Shown here: in pieces, positions 17,374-25,885 of the stretch | Layout of the letters: every line of letters starts with the position of its first letter | Position numbering within the stretch: position 1 is the first letter of the stretch | From: Acidobacteriota bacterium | Lineage (GTDB): Bacteria; Acidobacteriota; Aminicenantia; Aminicenantales; Aminicenantaceae | Direction of reading: 5' to 3' | Length of the DNA: 46,150 nt | NCBI GenBank assembly: GCA_018894615.1 | Contig: JAHIPL010000132.1 | Location: forward strand, 1-46,150 | Notes under the pieces: model-generated | What the model saw: only the letters and a program-made list of their open reading frames with translations | Database searches by the model: none | Told to the model about the DNA's origin: nothing | Program-made: the position numbers and the translations under genes

Positions 17374-19617
17374 CTATCTTCGTCTTCTTTTTCTGGCCGC
17401 TTTTTGCTTTTCTTTTTCTTTTTTGGTTTCCACAAGAGCCGTTTTCAATTTTGCGGCGAAAAGACCGGAAGTGGGCTCTTCGTCCTTCACAAAGACCGGG
17501 TATTCTTCTTCTTGTTTCTTTTTCTCGCCCTCTTTTAGGGGCTCTTCTTTGAGAGGCTCCTCGATGACCTTGTCATCAAAAGCGGACTTGAGGGCGGAGA
17601 GGGCTTCCATCTCGGATTCTTCCAGTTCAATCTCTTCTTCCCTGATTTTTCGGACGCCTTTTCTATGCCGCCGGGCACCCCGTTCCGTTTCTGTTTTTAA
17701 AGGATGCCCCTTTTTCTTATCTTTGGCTTTCTTCGTTTTTTCATCTTTCGCTTTCTGGAGCGTCAGTTTCGCCTCCTCCGCTTCCGGCAGTTTTTTCTCT
17801 TTGGGTTCCCTTTCAGTCGGAGGGGAGACGGGTTTCGTCCGGGCCGGTTCAACCGGGGACACCGATTCGATCTTCTCTCTCACAGGAGGGACCTCCGGCT
17901 CGATGATACGAAGCTTCGGCATCTCTTCGGCCGCAGCACTTCCCGGTTCGGGGGCGATGGTGCCGATACTGGGCATCCTTTTCTTTCCCTCTTCCCCGGA
18001 GGGTGACGGGGTTTTTGCTCCGGAGGGAGAGGGTGCCGGTTTTTTCTCGATTTCAACGTCCTCTGTCACGATTTTTTCTCTGTAAAAGAAAATGCCTTTT
18101 TTCTTTTCGGATCTTTCAAATTCAGGGGAATTGAGCAGAACGGTTTCCACATCTTCCTGGTAGGTCAGCTTTAACAGGGTGAGAAGATGGTAGGCGCGCA
18201 GATAGTGCAGAAACTGATCGTCGCCTTCAAAACCGAAATTTTTATAGACATAAACCAGGAGGTCCTGCAGATCTGCTTTTTTCCGAAGGTTGTACGCGCG
18301 GAACAGTTCTTCCATGGCGTTTTTTTCCAGGAAGATGATTTTATTCGGCATGCAGTAGGAATGAACGTCCCCCTTCTCCAGGAAGAACTCATCCTTATCC
18401 TTGTTGTATCCGATTTTTGGGATTTCGATTTTTTTCTTTCCTTTTTTTATGGAAAAAGAAAAATCGGCCGGGCCGTTCCGTTTCAAGGACAGGCTTGATC
18501 CCTGCGGGACATTGTGTTTCTGGAAATAGTCCTTCAGCCCGATAAAGGAGTGGATGTTCGAGTAGTAGTAGACGGTGTAGATGTCTCCCGATCCCAAGTC
18601 CGTGAACCGGTATTCCCGAATCGCCGCCAGTTCTCTGTGGAGATGTTTGGGAATGATCACCCCTCCGGAAAAAAGTTCCCGCCATGTGAGATAAAGCTTG
18701 AGTGGAAATTTCTGCGAGGTGGAAATTTCCGGCTTGATCCCGTCCGTATAGGCAGGGACCCGAACTCTTTTGGCGGAGAGGGGAAGATCCTGGATGAGGG
18801 CATCCAGAATGCTTTTCAGATGCCAGCGGCCTTCATCCTCGGGAGAAACGAAAACAAACTGTTTTTTCAGGCTTTCGAGCGTGGCGTTGAGGCTCAGGCA
18901 TTGGAGGTGGAAAAGCGGGTCCTTAACCTTCATGGAAAACAAATCACGAACAAGGTCTTTTGTGGGAACGGACTTTTGTGAGGCGTTTATTTTTTTCTGA
19001 ACCTGGTCGATCTGCTTTGGGGAAACGGCGATTCGATTCGTGCTCAGCTGCCAGAAATTATTCCAGCTGAAAAAATCGCCGGAACCCGCCAGTGAATGCG
19101 ACAGATTTTTTCCCAGAGAGCGAAAATCCTTGTCCGTCATGGGAAGCTCATGAAGACGGGGATCCTCCTCCCGTTTGAGGGCATCGGGTTTCTCGTTTCT
19201 GGCGTCCTGATTGGACGGGATCAGAACCTGTGTTTTGCTTTTTTTCATGTAGTCGATGTGCCGGCGGAAGATTCCTCCACCCGTGTAATCGACCTCCAGC
19301 ATTTCACAACCGAAGCTTTCATAAGTGATTTTATTGATCACTTTTAATACAACAGCCCCGGAAAAATGTTCTGTTCCCTTGCTGCTCACAACCAGCGGTT
19401 CATCATAGACCCTGTAAATGAGGTCGTCCACTTCGTATAAACCACTGGGGCTGTAGACCTTGACTTCCTGATTCAGCTGTTTGGAGTTTTTTTGAAAGGC
19501 CAATTTTTGTGACAAATCAACCAGACTGAAGGGTTTTTTCTCCTCAGTCAGGACTTTTTTAATGAAGGCCAGGTCCTTGTCGGAAATATTTAAGATATTG
19601 TTTTCTTTGTTCATCAT
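17374..19617 (-). CDS. Large hypothetical protein, globular N-terminal ~520 aa plus disordered Pro/Glu/Lys-rich tail
   Basis: 747-codon ORF, ATGA overlap with the upstream OTC-like gene, low-complexity tail ending KRRRR. Confidence 0.85.
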   Translation of the reverse strand: MMNKENNILNISDKDLAFIKKVLTEEKKPFSLVDLSQKLAFQKNSKQLNQEVKVYSPSGLYEVDDLIYRVYDEPLVVSSKGTEHFSGAVVLKVINKITYESFGCEMLEVDYTGGGIFRRHIDYMKKSKTQVLIPSNQDARNEKPDALKREEDPRLHELPMTDKDFRSLGKNLSHSLAGSGDFFSWNNFWQLSTNRIAVSPKQIDQVQKKINASQKSVPTKDLVRDLFSMKVKDPLFHLQCLSLNATLESLKKQFVFVSPEDEGRWHLKSILDALIQDLPLSAKRVRVPAYTDGIKPEISTSQKFPLKLYLTWRELFSGGVIIPKHLHRELAAIREYRFTDLGSGDIYTVYYYSNIHSFIGLKDYFQKHNVPQGSSLSLKRNGPADFSFSIKKGKKKIEIPKIGYNKDKDEFFLEKGDVHSYCMPNKIIFLEKNAMEELFRAYNLRKKADLQDLLVYVYKNFGFEGDDQFLHYLRAYHLLTLLKLTYQEDVETVLLNSPEFERSEKKKGIFFYREKIVTEDVEIEKKPAPSPSGAKTPSPSGEEGKKRMPSIGTIAPEPGSAAAEEMPKLRIIEPEVPPVREKIESVSPVEPARTKPVSPPTEREPKEKKLPEAEEAKLTLQKAKDEKTKKAKDKKKGHPLKTETERGARRHRKGVRKIREEEIELEESEMEALSALKSAFDDKVIEEPLKEEPLKEGEKKKQEEEYPVFVKDEEPTSGLFAAKLKTALVETKKEKEKQKAARKRRRR

Positions 19618-20531
19618 CTTTTTGTGTCCAATAATAATAACATAATCGCTTTTTGAACATGAAGTTGATTTTTTACCTGCTCGGCGGCCAGAGAGGAGGG
19701 GCGATGTTTTATTCCTCTCTCAAAAACATCCGGATCAAGAAACGGATCGGTGTATATCCGGAGAACGTCTCTTCCGATTTCGGGAAACCGGGCTCCGCCG
19801 ACGAATGATGCTTGGGCTGTTCGGGTGGATATTTCTTTATGGTCCTCCGTTGCTGTTCCTTTTTCGCCGCTCAGATAGACGACATCGGCTGTATCTGCGG
19901 CTGCGGTCGGATCGTCACTCCATTCGATGAATGAGAGCCAATCGGGAAAGACGCCTTCCAGCCGGACAGAGCTCTTCCTCTCCTCGGGATCGGGGAGAGC
20001 GAAAATCAGTCGTGTGCCGGAATAGAGAGCAGCCAGAATCAGGTCTAAACAGAGATTGGTCCAGCTACCGATGTATCCGATGCGAAGCCCGCTTACAGAG
20101 CCTCGGGCCTCTCTGATGGTGTAGAAATCGGACAGGACACGGCAGGGATGATGATGTTCGGAGGAGGCGTTCAGCACCGGGATGGTCATGTCCTCCGCCA
20201 TCGCCAACATCCGCGAGGTGGAAAATCCGGAGAAGATCCATCCGTTCACCCACTGTCCCAGACTCCCGCTCCAGGCGTACTGTCCGGTTTGGGCCTCATC
20301 CTGGGACGGCGACCAGGGAAGATGAATGAGAGCGCCTCCGAGTTGAGCGACCGCTGCTTCCAGGAGGAGGTATTCGGGCATTGATTCTTTTTTGAACAGA
20401 TAGGCAAGCTGATGATGTTTCAGTTTGCCCCTGTAGTCCCGGGGCTTCCCTTTTACATCTTCCGCAAGATCCAGAACCTGGATGAAATCATAGGGGGACA
20501 GGTCCTGAAGGGAAAAAAGACGTGTCGGCAC
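19614..20531 (-). CDS. Ornithine carbamoyltransferase-fold protein with degenerate active site (probable pseudoenzyme)
   Basis: OTC-like framework (LFSLQDLS, AAVAQLGG, PVLNA..HPC..LSDFYTI, NQLHVQKAIM) but STRT, SMG, HCLP and catalytic Arg residues are absent; GTG start 2 nt after the arcC stop. Confidence 0.8.
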   Translation of the reverse strand: MPTRLFSLQDLSPYDFIQVLDLAEDVKGKPRDYRGKLKHHQLAYLFKKESMPEYLLLEAAVAQLGGALIHLPWSPSQDEAQTGQYAWSGSLGQWVNGWIFSGFSTSRMLAMAEDMTIPVLNASSEHHHPCRVLSDFYTIREARGSVSGLRIGYIGSWTNLCLDLILAALYSGTRLIFALPDPEERKSSVRLEGVFPDWLSFIEWSDDPTAAADTADVVYLSGEKGTATEDHKEISTRTAQASFVGGARFPEIGRDVLRIYTDPFLDPDVFERGIKHRPSSLAAEQVKNQLHVQKAIMLLLLDTKR

Positions 20532-20533
20532 TC

Positions 20534-21490
20534 TCAGTTCCTCGACTCTCCGACAATTTTTGTTCCAGATCGATTGAGAAGGGCCGCCTTGAGATGACTG
20601 GCCGAGGTGATCAGCACTTCGTTCCCGCCGGATTCGATGTACTCGATCGCCGCCTTGACTTTGGGGCCCATAGATCCGGGAGGAAAATGCCCGTCGTCAA
20701 GATGTTTTCGGGCTTCACCGACGGTCATTCGGCTGAGAGGTTTTTCATCCGGAGTTCCGAAGTTGAGGCAGATTTTCGGGACATTCGTCAGAATGATGAA
20801 AAGATCACAACCCACCTCATGGGCGATCAGGCCGGAAGCGAAATCCTTGTCGATCACCGCCTCCACTCCCTGGAAAAGGCCGTTGCCGTTGATGATGACC
20901 GGAATTCCGCCGCCGCCGGCCGCGATCACGATTTTTCCCGAATAGACGAGGGTGTGAATGATTCGTTTGGGGATGACATCGATGGGCCTGGGCGAGGGAA
21001 CCACCTTGCGGTAGCCGCGCCCTGCGTCTTCGACCATGATCCACTTTTTTTCTTTCATCAGCATCAGGGCTCTGTATTTGGAGTAAAAAGGGCCGATGGG
21101 TTTCGTCGGATTTTCAAAGGCGGGATCATCCTTATCGACGACGATCTGAGTCATCAGAGTGGCGACATCCTTGTCGATAGAGTTCTTCCGCAGTTCATTG
21201 AGAAGGGCTTTTTCCAGCATGTACCCCATGCTGCCCTCGGTCATGGCATCACAGATGTCCAGAGAGAAAGGAGGAATTTTATTGATCGTTTCCTCCATCT
21301 GGATAAGAAGGTTGCCGACCTGAGGCCCGTTGCCGTGAACGATGATCAGATCAAATCCCTTTTTGACGATGTGGATCATCAGCTGGGCCGCCTTCTGGGC
21401 GTTTCTCATCTGCTCGTCCTGCAGCCCTCTCTGCTCCTTTGGAAGGATGGCGTTTCCGCCGAAGGCGATCAGCGCGGTTTTCTGTCTCAT
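20534..21490 (-). CDS. arcC: Carbamate kinase
   Basis: AFGGNAI, VHGNGPQVG, GRGYRKVVPSP, AGGGGIPV, AVIDKD, GSMGPKV. Confidence 0.96.
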   Translation of the reverse strand: MRQKTALIAFGGNAILPKEQRGLQDEQMRNAQKAAQLMIHIVKKGFDLIIVHGNGPQVGNLLIQMEETINKIPPFSLDICDAMTEGSMGYMLEKALLNELRKNSIDKDVATLMTQIVVDKDDPAFENPTKPIGPFYSKYRALMLMKEKKWIMVEDAGRGYRKVVPSPRPIDVIPKRIIHTLVYSGKIVIAAGGGGIPVIINGNGLFQGVEAVIDKDFASGLIAHEVGCDLFIILTNVPKICLNFGTPDEKPLSRMTVGEARKHLDDGHFPPGSMGPKVKAAIEYIESGGNEVLITSASHLKAALLNRSGTKIVGESRN

Positions 21491-22794
21491 TTGAAACGCT
21501 GGAGGACCTCGTTGAGATCGGGCTTCCCGATTTCTTCCAGATCGTACGTGACGCGCAGGATTTTTTTGTTTGTCTGAATGAGGCGGCCGAGATCGATGGG
21601 TGTGGCGCCGATGACGAGATCACAATCCGTATTGTTGATGGTCTCGGTGAGTTCATCGATCTGATGCTGTCCATACCCCATGGCCGGAAGGACGCGATCG
21701 AGATGGCTGTACTTGGCGAAGGTGTCTTTGATACTGCCGACGGCGTAGGGCCTCGGATCGATGATTTTACCCGCACCATACTGTTCGGCGGCGATGATGC
21801 CGGCGCCGTAGGGCATTTCACCGTGGGTCAGGGTCGGCCCGTCTTCAATGACCAGGACGGATTTTCCCCGGATTTTTTCTCCGTCCGGAACGGTTATCGG
21901 AGAATTGGCCTTGATGACAACGGCTTCGGGATTGCAGATTTTTATATTGTTTTCAACCACTTCAATGTTTTTCTGTTTTGCGGTGGCCATCTTGTTGATG
22001 ATGATCACTTGAGCCCGCCTGAAGTTGGTTTCACCCGGATGATAGAGCCGTTCATGACCGGGCCGGTGTGGATCGACCACGACGATTTCGATATCCGCCT
22101 TGTAAAAGGGGATGTCGTTGTTTCCACCGTCCCAGAGGATGATGTCGGCTTCCTTTTCCGCTTCGGCAAGGATGTCTCCGTAATCAACTCCGGCGTAGAC
22201 AATGATGCCGTTCTGAATGTGGTGTTCGTATTCCTCCATTTCCTCGATTGTGCATTTATGCTTCATCATGTCGTCATAGGTCGCAAATCTCTGGACCCGC
22301 TGTTTGGCAAGGTCTCCGTAAGGCATGGGGTGGCGAATGACGACGACTTTTTTACCCTGTTCTTTGAGAAGCAGAGCAATTTTTCGTGTGGTCTGGCTTT
22401 TCCCGCAGCCCGTCCTGACCGCGCACACCGAAACCAGAGGACGTTTGCTGGGAATCATGGTATCGTTAGGGCCCAGAAAAACAAAACCGGCTCCGGCCGC
22501 CAGAACGATGGAGGCCTTGTGCATCACATTCTCATGAAAAATGTCACTGTAGGAGAACACAACCTCATCCACGCCCAGCTCTTTGATCAGCCGCGGGAGG
22601 CCTTCCTCCTTGTAGATGGGGATTCCATCGGGATAGAGGGGGCCGGCCAGAACGGAGGGGTATTTCCTTCCGTCGATATCCGGTATCTGAGTGGCGGTAA
22701 AGGCCAGAACCTGAAAATCTTTATTGTTTCGATAAAAGACGTTAAAATTATGAAAGTCTCTTCCGGCTGCGCCCATGATAAGGACTTTTCTCAT
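21487..22794 (-). CDS. arcE: COG2403 P-loop protein (often annotated cyclic 2,3-DPG synthetase-like); probable arginine synthetase
   Basis: GAAGRDFHNFN, TATQIP, AVRTGCGKSQT P-loop, RHPMPYG, WDGGNND, EDGPTLTHG; directly upstream of arcC and an OTC homologue; start ATG 22794 after AAGGAG. Confidence 0.8.
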   Translation of the reverse strand: MRKVLIMGAAGRDFHNFNVFYRNNKDFQVLAFTATQIPDIDGRKYPSVLAGPLYPDGIPIYKEEGLPRLIKELGVDEVVFSYSDIFHENVMHKASIVLAAGAGFVFLGPNDTMIPSKRPLVSVCAVRTGCGKSQTTRKIALLLKEQGKKVVVIRHPMPYGDLAKQRVQRFATYDDMMKHKCTIEEMEEYEHHIQNGIIVYAGVDYGDILAEAEKEADIILWDGGNNDIPFYKADIEIVVVDPHRPGHERLYHPGETNFRRAQVIIINKMATAKQKNIEVVENNIKICNPEAVVIKANSPITVPDGEKIRGKSVLVIEDGPTLTHGEMPYGAGIIAAEQYGAGKIIDPRPYAVGSIKDTFAKYSHLDRVLPAMGYGQHQIDELTETINNTDCDLVIGATPIDLGRLIQTNKKILRVTYDLEEIGKPDLNEVLQRFK

Positions 22795-22837
22795 AAGGGA
22801 AACTCCTTTTAACAAATAAAATATCTGAAAAACGATT

Positions 22838-22866
22838 AGTATAATACAGGGCTTGGAAATATGCAA
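22838..22866 (-). promoter_or_regulatory. Sigma70-type promoter for the arcE operon
   Basis: Minus strand TTGCAT-17 bp-TATACT. Confidence 0.6.
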
Positions 22867-22872
22867 TCATTC

Positions 22873-22893
22873 GTGAAATGGCTGTGAAATGGC
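22873..22893. repeat. Perfect 10-bp direct repeat with 11-bp period; candidate operator
   Basis: GTGAAATGGC at 22873-22882 and 22884-22893, between two divergent promoters. Confidence 0.6.
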
Positions 22894-22905
22894 CGGGAAT
22901 ATTTA

Positions 22906-22934
22906 TTGACAGGTTCGATTTAAATGTCTAGTAT
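22906..22934 (+). promoter_or_regulatory. Sigma70-type promoter for tRNA-Val/thrS
   Basis: TTGACA-17 bp-TAGTAT, 18 nt before the tRNA. Confidence 0.7.
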
Positions 22935-22952
22935 AGATGGGCTTGCAAAAGT

Positions 22953-23027
22953 AGGCGCGTAGCTCAGTGGAAGAGTGCTTCCTTGACGCGGAAGAAGTCG
23001 AGGGTTCGATCCCCTCCGCGCCTACCA
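22953..23027 (+). tRNA. tRNA-Val(GAC)
   Basis: Cloverleaf: acceptor AGGCGCG/CGCGCCT, D stem GCTC/GAGT, anticodon stem CTTCC/GGAAG with loop TTGACGC, T arm GAGGG-TTCGATC-CCCTC, encoded CCA. Confidence 0.97.
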
Positions 23028-23106
23028 TTAAATTTATAGACGTATTCAAGCGGGACATCAACCTGGACAACGGGTGTTTCTTCCCTGTTGGGTACACAAT
23101 AAACAA

Positions 23107-25026
23107 ATGAATGATGTGAAGTTCTCCATAGAGGGGTCTAGTGTCTCTGTTTCAAAAGGGACGTCTCTCTCTCAAATCGTGCCGGACGTGAAGAACGGGA
23201 CAAGGCCGGTCTTCGCCAGAGTGGACGGAGCCATTGTCGATCTGGACTGGACCGTGGAGGATGATGCCCGTGTGGATTGGATCTATCCCGACTCCCAAGA
23301 AGCGTTGGATATTCTCAGGCACTCAACCGCGCATCTGTTGGCACAGGCCGTGCTTGATCTGTTTCCGGGAACGCAGACCGGAGTGGGACCGGCCGTTGAA
23401 AACGGTTTTTACTATGATTTTTTGAAGGACACTCCCTTCACCCCCGACGATCTGGGTCTCATTGAGAAACGGATGCGGGAGCTGGCCGAAGAAGATTTTC
23501 AAATAAATAAGGAAACCCTGGATAAGGATGCCGCGCTGCGCATGTTCCGTGAGATGAACCATGATCTCAAAGAGGAACTGGTTCAGGAAAAGGGGGGCGA
23601 TAAAGTCTCCTGCTACCGCCAGGGGAATTTTATCGATTTTTGCCGTGGGCCCCATGTCCCTTCCACCGGGCTTATCAGACACTTCAAAATCGTCTCGGTT
23701 TCAGGAGCCTACTGGAAGGGTGAGGAGAAGGGAAAGCAGCTCCAGAGAATTTACGGAACGGTTTTTTTCTCCCGGGAAGATCTCGATCATCATCTGGAGC
23801 TGATTGAGGAGGCGAAGAGACGGGATCACCGCAAACTCGGAACGGAACTGGACCTGTTCAGTTTTCATGAAGACCTCGGGGCGGGGTTGATCCTTTGGCA
23901 TCCGAAAGGCGGGGCCGTGCGCAGGGTCATCGAAGACTTCTGGCGGGATGAGCACTTCAAGGCGGGCTATGACCTGCTCTTTTCTCCCCACATCGCCAAG
24001 CTGGACGTCTGGAAAAGAAGCGGGCACACGGAATTCTATGATGCCATGTACCCTACCCTCGAGTCGGACGAGGTTGAATATGAACTGAAACCGATGAACT
24101 GCCCCTTCCATATCATGGTCTACAATTCCAGGCAGCGGAGCTACCGGGATCTTCCACTCCGCTGGGCCGAACTGGGGACCGTTTATCGTCATGAACGGAG
24201 CGGAGTTCTCCACGGCCTGATGCGGGTGAGGGGATTCACCCAGGACGACGCCCACATCTTCTGCCGGCCCGATCAACTGGAAAAGGAGATCCAGGGTGCG
24301 GTTCGTCTGGCTCTCAGCATGCTGAAAACGTTCGGTTTCAGCGAGTTTGATGTTTACCTCAGCACCCGTCCCGAGAAATATGTCGGAAATCCGGAGGACT
24401 GGGTCACGGCCACCAAGGCCCTGGAAGACGCCCTCCGTTCCGTCGGGCTGGAGTTCAGAGAAGATATCGGAGAGGGCGTGTTTTACGGACCCAAAATCGA
24501 CATAAAAATCAGGGATGCCCTGCAGCGCTCCTGGCAGTGCACGACGGTTCAGCTGGATTTCAATCTGGCTGAGCGCTTCAACATCCATTATGTCGGCGAG
24601 GATGGCGGAAATCATAGGCCCTTCATGATTCACCGGGCGCTGCTCGGGTCGCTGGAGAGGTTTTTCGGCGTATTGATCGAGCACTACAACGGAAATTTTC
24701 CTCTCTGGCTGGCGCCTGTTCAGATTGTCATTCTTCCCATCGCCGACCGGCACAATGATTATGCGGACCGTCTCAACGCCCGTTTTATCGAGCGGGGATT
24801 GCGCTCCCAGGTGGACCGGAAGCGGGAAAAGATCGGTTATAAAATCCGCCATGCTGAAATGCAGAAGATCCCCCTCATCCTGATTGTCGGGGATAAAGAG
24901 GTTCAGGATGAAACAGTCTCTCCCCGGATTCACACGATCGGTGACAAAGGGCAGATGCCGGTAAAGGAATTTCTTGAAAAAGTTGATAACTTGGTTGAAA
25001 ATAAAAGTTTGGTATTGGATCTATAA
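23107..25026 (+). CDS. thrS: Threonine--tRNA ligase
   Basis: HSTAHLLAQA and CRGPHV editing motifs, RDHRKLG, KPMNCP, RVRGFTQDDAH, IHRALLGSLERF; start taken at ATG 23107. Confidence 0.98.
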   Translation: MNDVKFSIEGSSVSVSKGTSLSQIVPDVKNGTRPVFARVDGAIVDLDWTVEDDARVDWIYPDSQEALDILRHSTAHLLAQAVLDLFPGTQTGVGPAVENGFYYDFLKDTPFTPDDLGLIEKRMRELAEEDFQINKETLDKDAALRMFREMNHDLKEELVQEKGGDKVSCYRQGNFIDFCRGPHVPSTGLIRHFKIVSVSGAYWKGEEKGKQLQRIYGTVFFSREDLDHHLELIEEAKRRDHRKLGTELDLFSFHEDLGAGLILWHPKGGAVRRVIEDFWRDEHFKAGYDLLFSPHIAKLDVWKRSGHTEFYDAMYPTLESDEVEYELKPMNCPFHIMVYNSRQRSYRDLPLRWAELGTVYRHERSGVLHGLMRVRGFTQDDAHIFCRPDQLEKEIQGAVRLALSMLKTFGFSEFDVYLSTRPEKYVGNPEDWVTATKALEDALRSVGLEFREDIGEGVFYGPKIDIKIRDALQRSWQCTTVQLDFNLAERFNIHYVGEDGGNHRPFMIHRALLGSLERFFGVLIEHYNGNFPLWLAPVQIVILPIADRHNDYADRLNARFIERGLRSQVDRKREKIGYKIRHAEMQKIPLILIVGDKEVQDETVSPRIHTIGDKGQMPVKEFLEKVDNLVENKSLVLDL

Positions 25027-25037
25027 GGAGGTCAATC

Positions 25038-25667
25038 ATCAGAAAACGCACATATTATCCCGGGCGTGCAGATAAGCGCAAACCACACCGGATTAACGAA
25101 TGGATTCGAGTCAGAGAAGTCAGGATTATCGATGAAGAGAAACAACAATTGGGAATCATGCCCATCGCCGACGCGATCAACCTGGCGAAGGAACGAGGCT
25201 TGGATCTTGTTGAGGTAGCCCCCCAGGCGAATCCTCCGGTTTGCCGGGTAATGGATTATGGTAAATTTCTGTATGAACAGCATAAAAAAGCTCACGAAGC
25301 AAAAAAACATCAAAAACAGATTCAGGTCAAGGAAATCAAATTCAGACCAAAAATCAGCATCCATGACTACACATTTAAACTCAATCATGTGCTGCGATTC
25401 CTGAAAGAAGGAAATAAAGTCAAGATTACGGTGATGCTCCGAGGTAGAGAAAAAGCAAAACCGGAGTTGGCACATCAGATTCTGGATCGTGTTTTTGAGG
25501 ACACAAAAGAATTCGGGCAAAAAGATGGAGATATACGCAGGCAGAGCTGGGCGGTATCGGCCCTGTTAAGTCCGACAAAAACAGGAGGAAAAGATGCCAA
25601 AGTTAAAGACGCACAAAGGGGCCAAAAAGAGGTTCAAAGTAACGGCGAAAAAGAAGATCGTTCATAG
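25038..25667 (+). CDS. infC: Translation initiation factor IF-3 with non-canonical ATC start
   Basis: [32 protein letters not shown]; the frame is open back to ATC 25038, which lies 6 nt after AGGAGG. Confidence 0.93.
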   Translation: MRKRTYYPGRADKRKPHRINEWIRVREVRIIDEEKQQLGIMPIADAINLAKERGLDLVEVAPQANPPVCRVMDYGKFLYEQHKKAHEAKKHQKQIQVKEIKFRPKISIHDYTFKLNHVLRFLKEGNKVKITVMLRGREKAKPELAHQILDRVFEDTKEFGQKDGDIRRQSWAVSALLSPTKTGGKDAKVKDAQRGQKEVQSNGEKEDRS

Positions 25668-25794
25668 CAAGGCCTTTAAAAGCCACATCCTTACAAAAAA
25701 GTCAGCAAAACGAAAAAGAAAACTTCGCAAATCGGATCTGGTTAGCGATTCAGATCGGGGACGCATCAAGGCTATGATGCCCTACGATTTCTAA
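25594..25794 (+). CDS. rpmI: 50S ribosomal protein L35
   Basis: [21 protein letters not shown]; AGGAGG RBS. Confidence 0.97.
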   Translation: MPKLKTHKGAKKRFKVTAKKKIVHSKAFKSHILTKKSAKRKRKLRKSDLVSDSDRGRIKAMMPYDF

Positions 25795-25885
25795 ACCGGT
25801 CCTTATTTATTTGTTTGATTTGTTGGTTCGACAGGAGATGTAGAGAAGACAAGATCTTTTCTTTTTCCCCATAGGAGGAGTAACG

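Noticed and set aside
17560-18060. Short tandem sequence repeats in the tail of the 747-aa gene
   Set aside because: They are explained by low-complexity protein sequence (PSPSG, EEPLK); not CRISPR-like or regularly spaced
22855-22875. Possible ARG box (ArgR site) at the arcE promoter
   Set aside because: Only a half-site-like ATTCG; the left half does not fit TGAAT, and there is no tandem box
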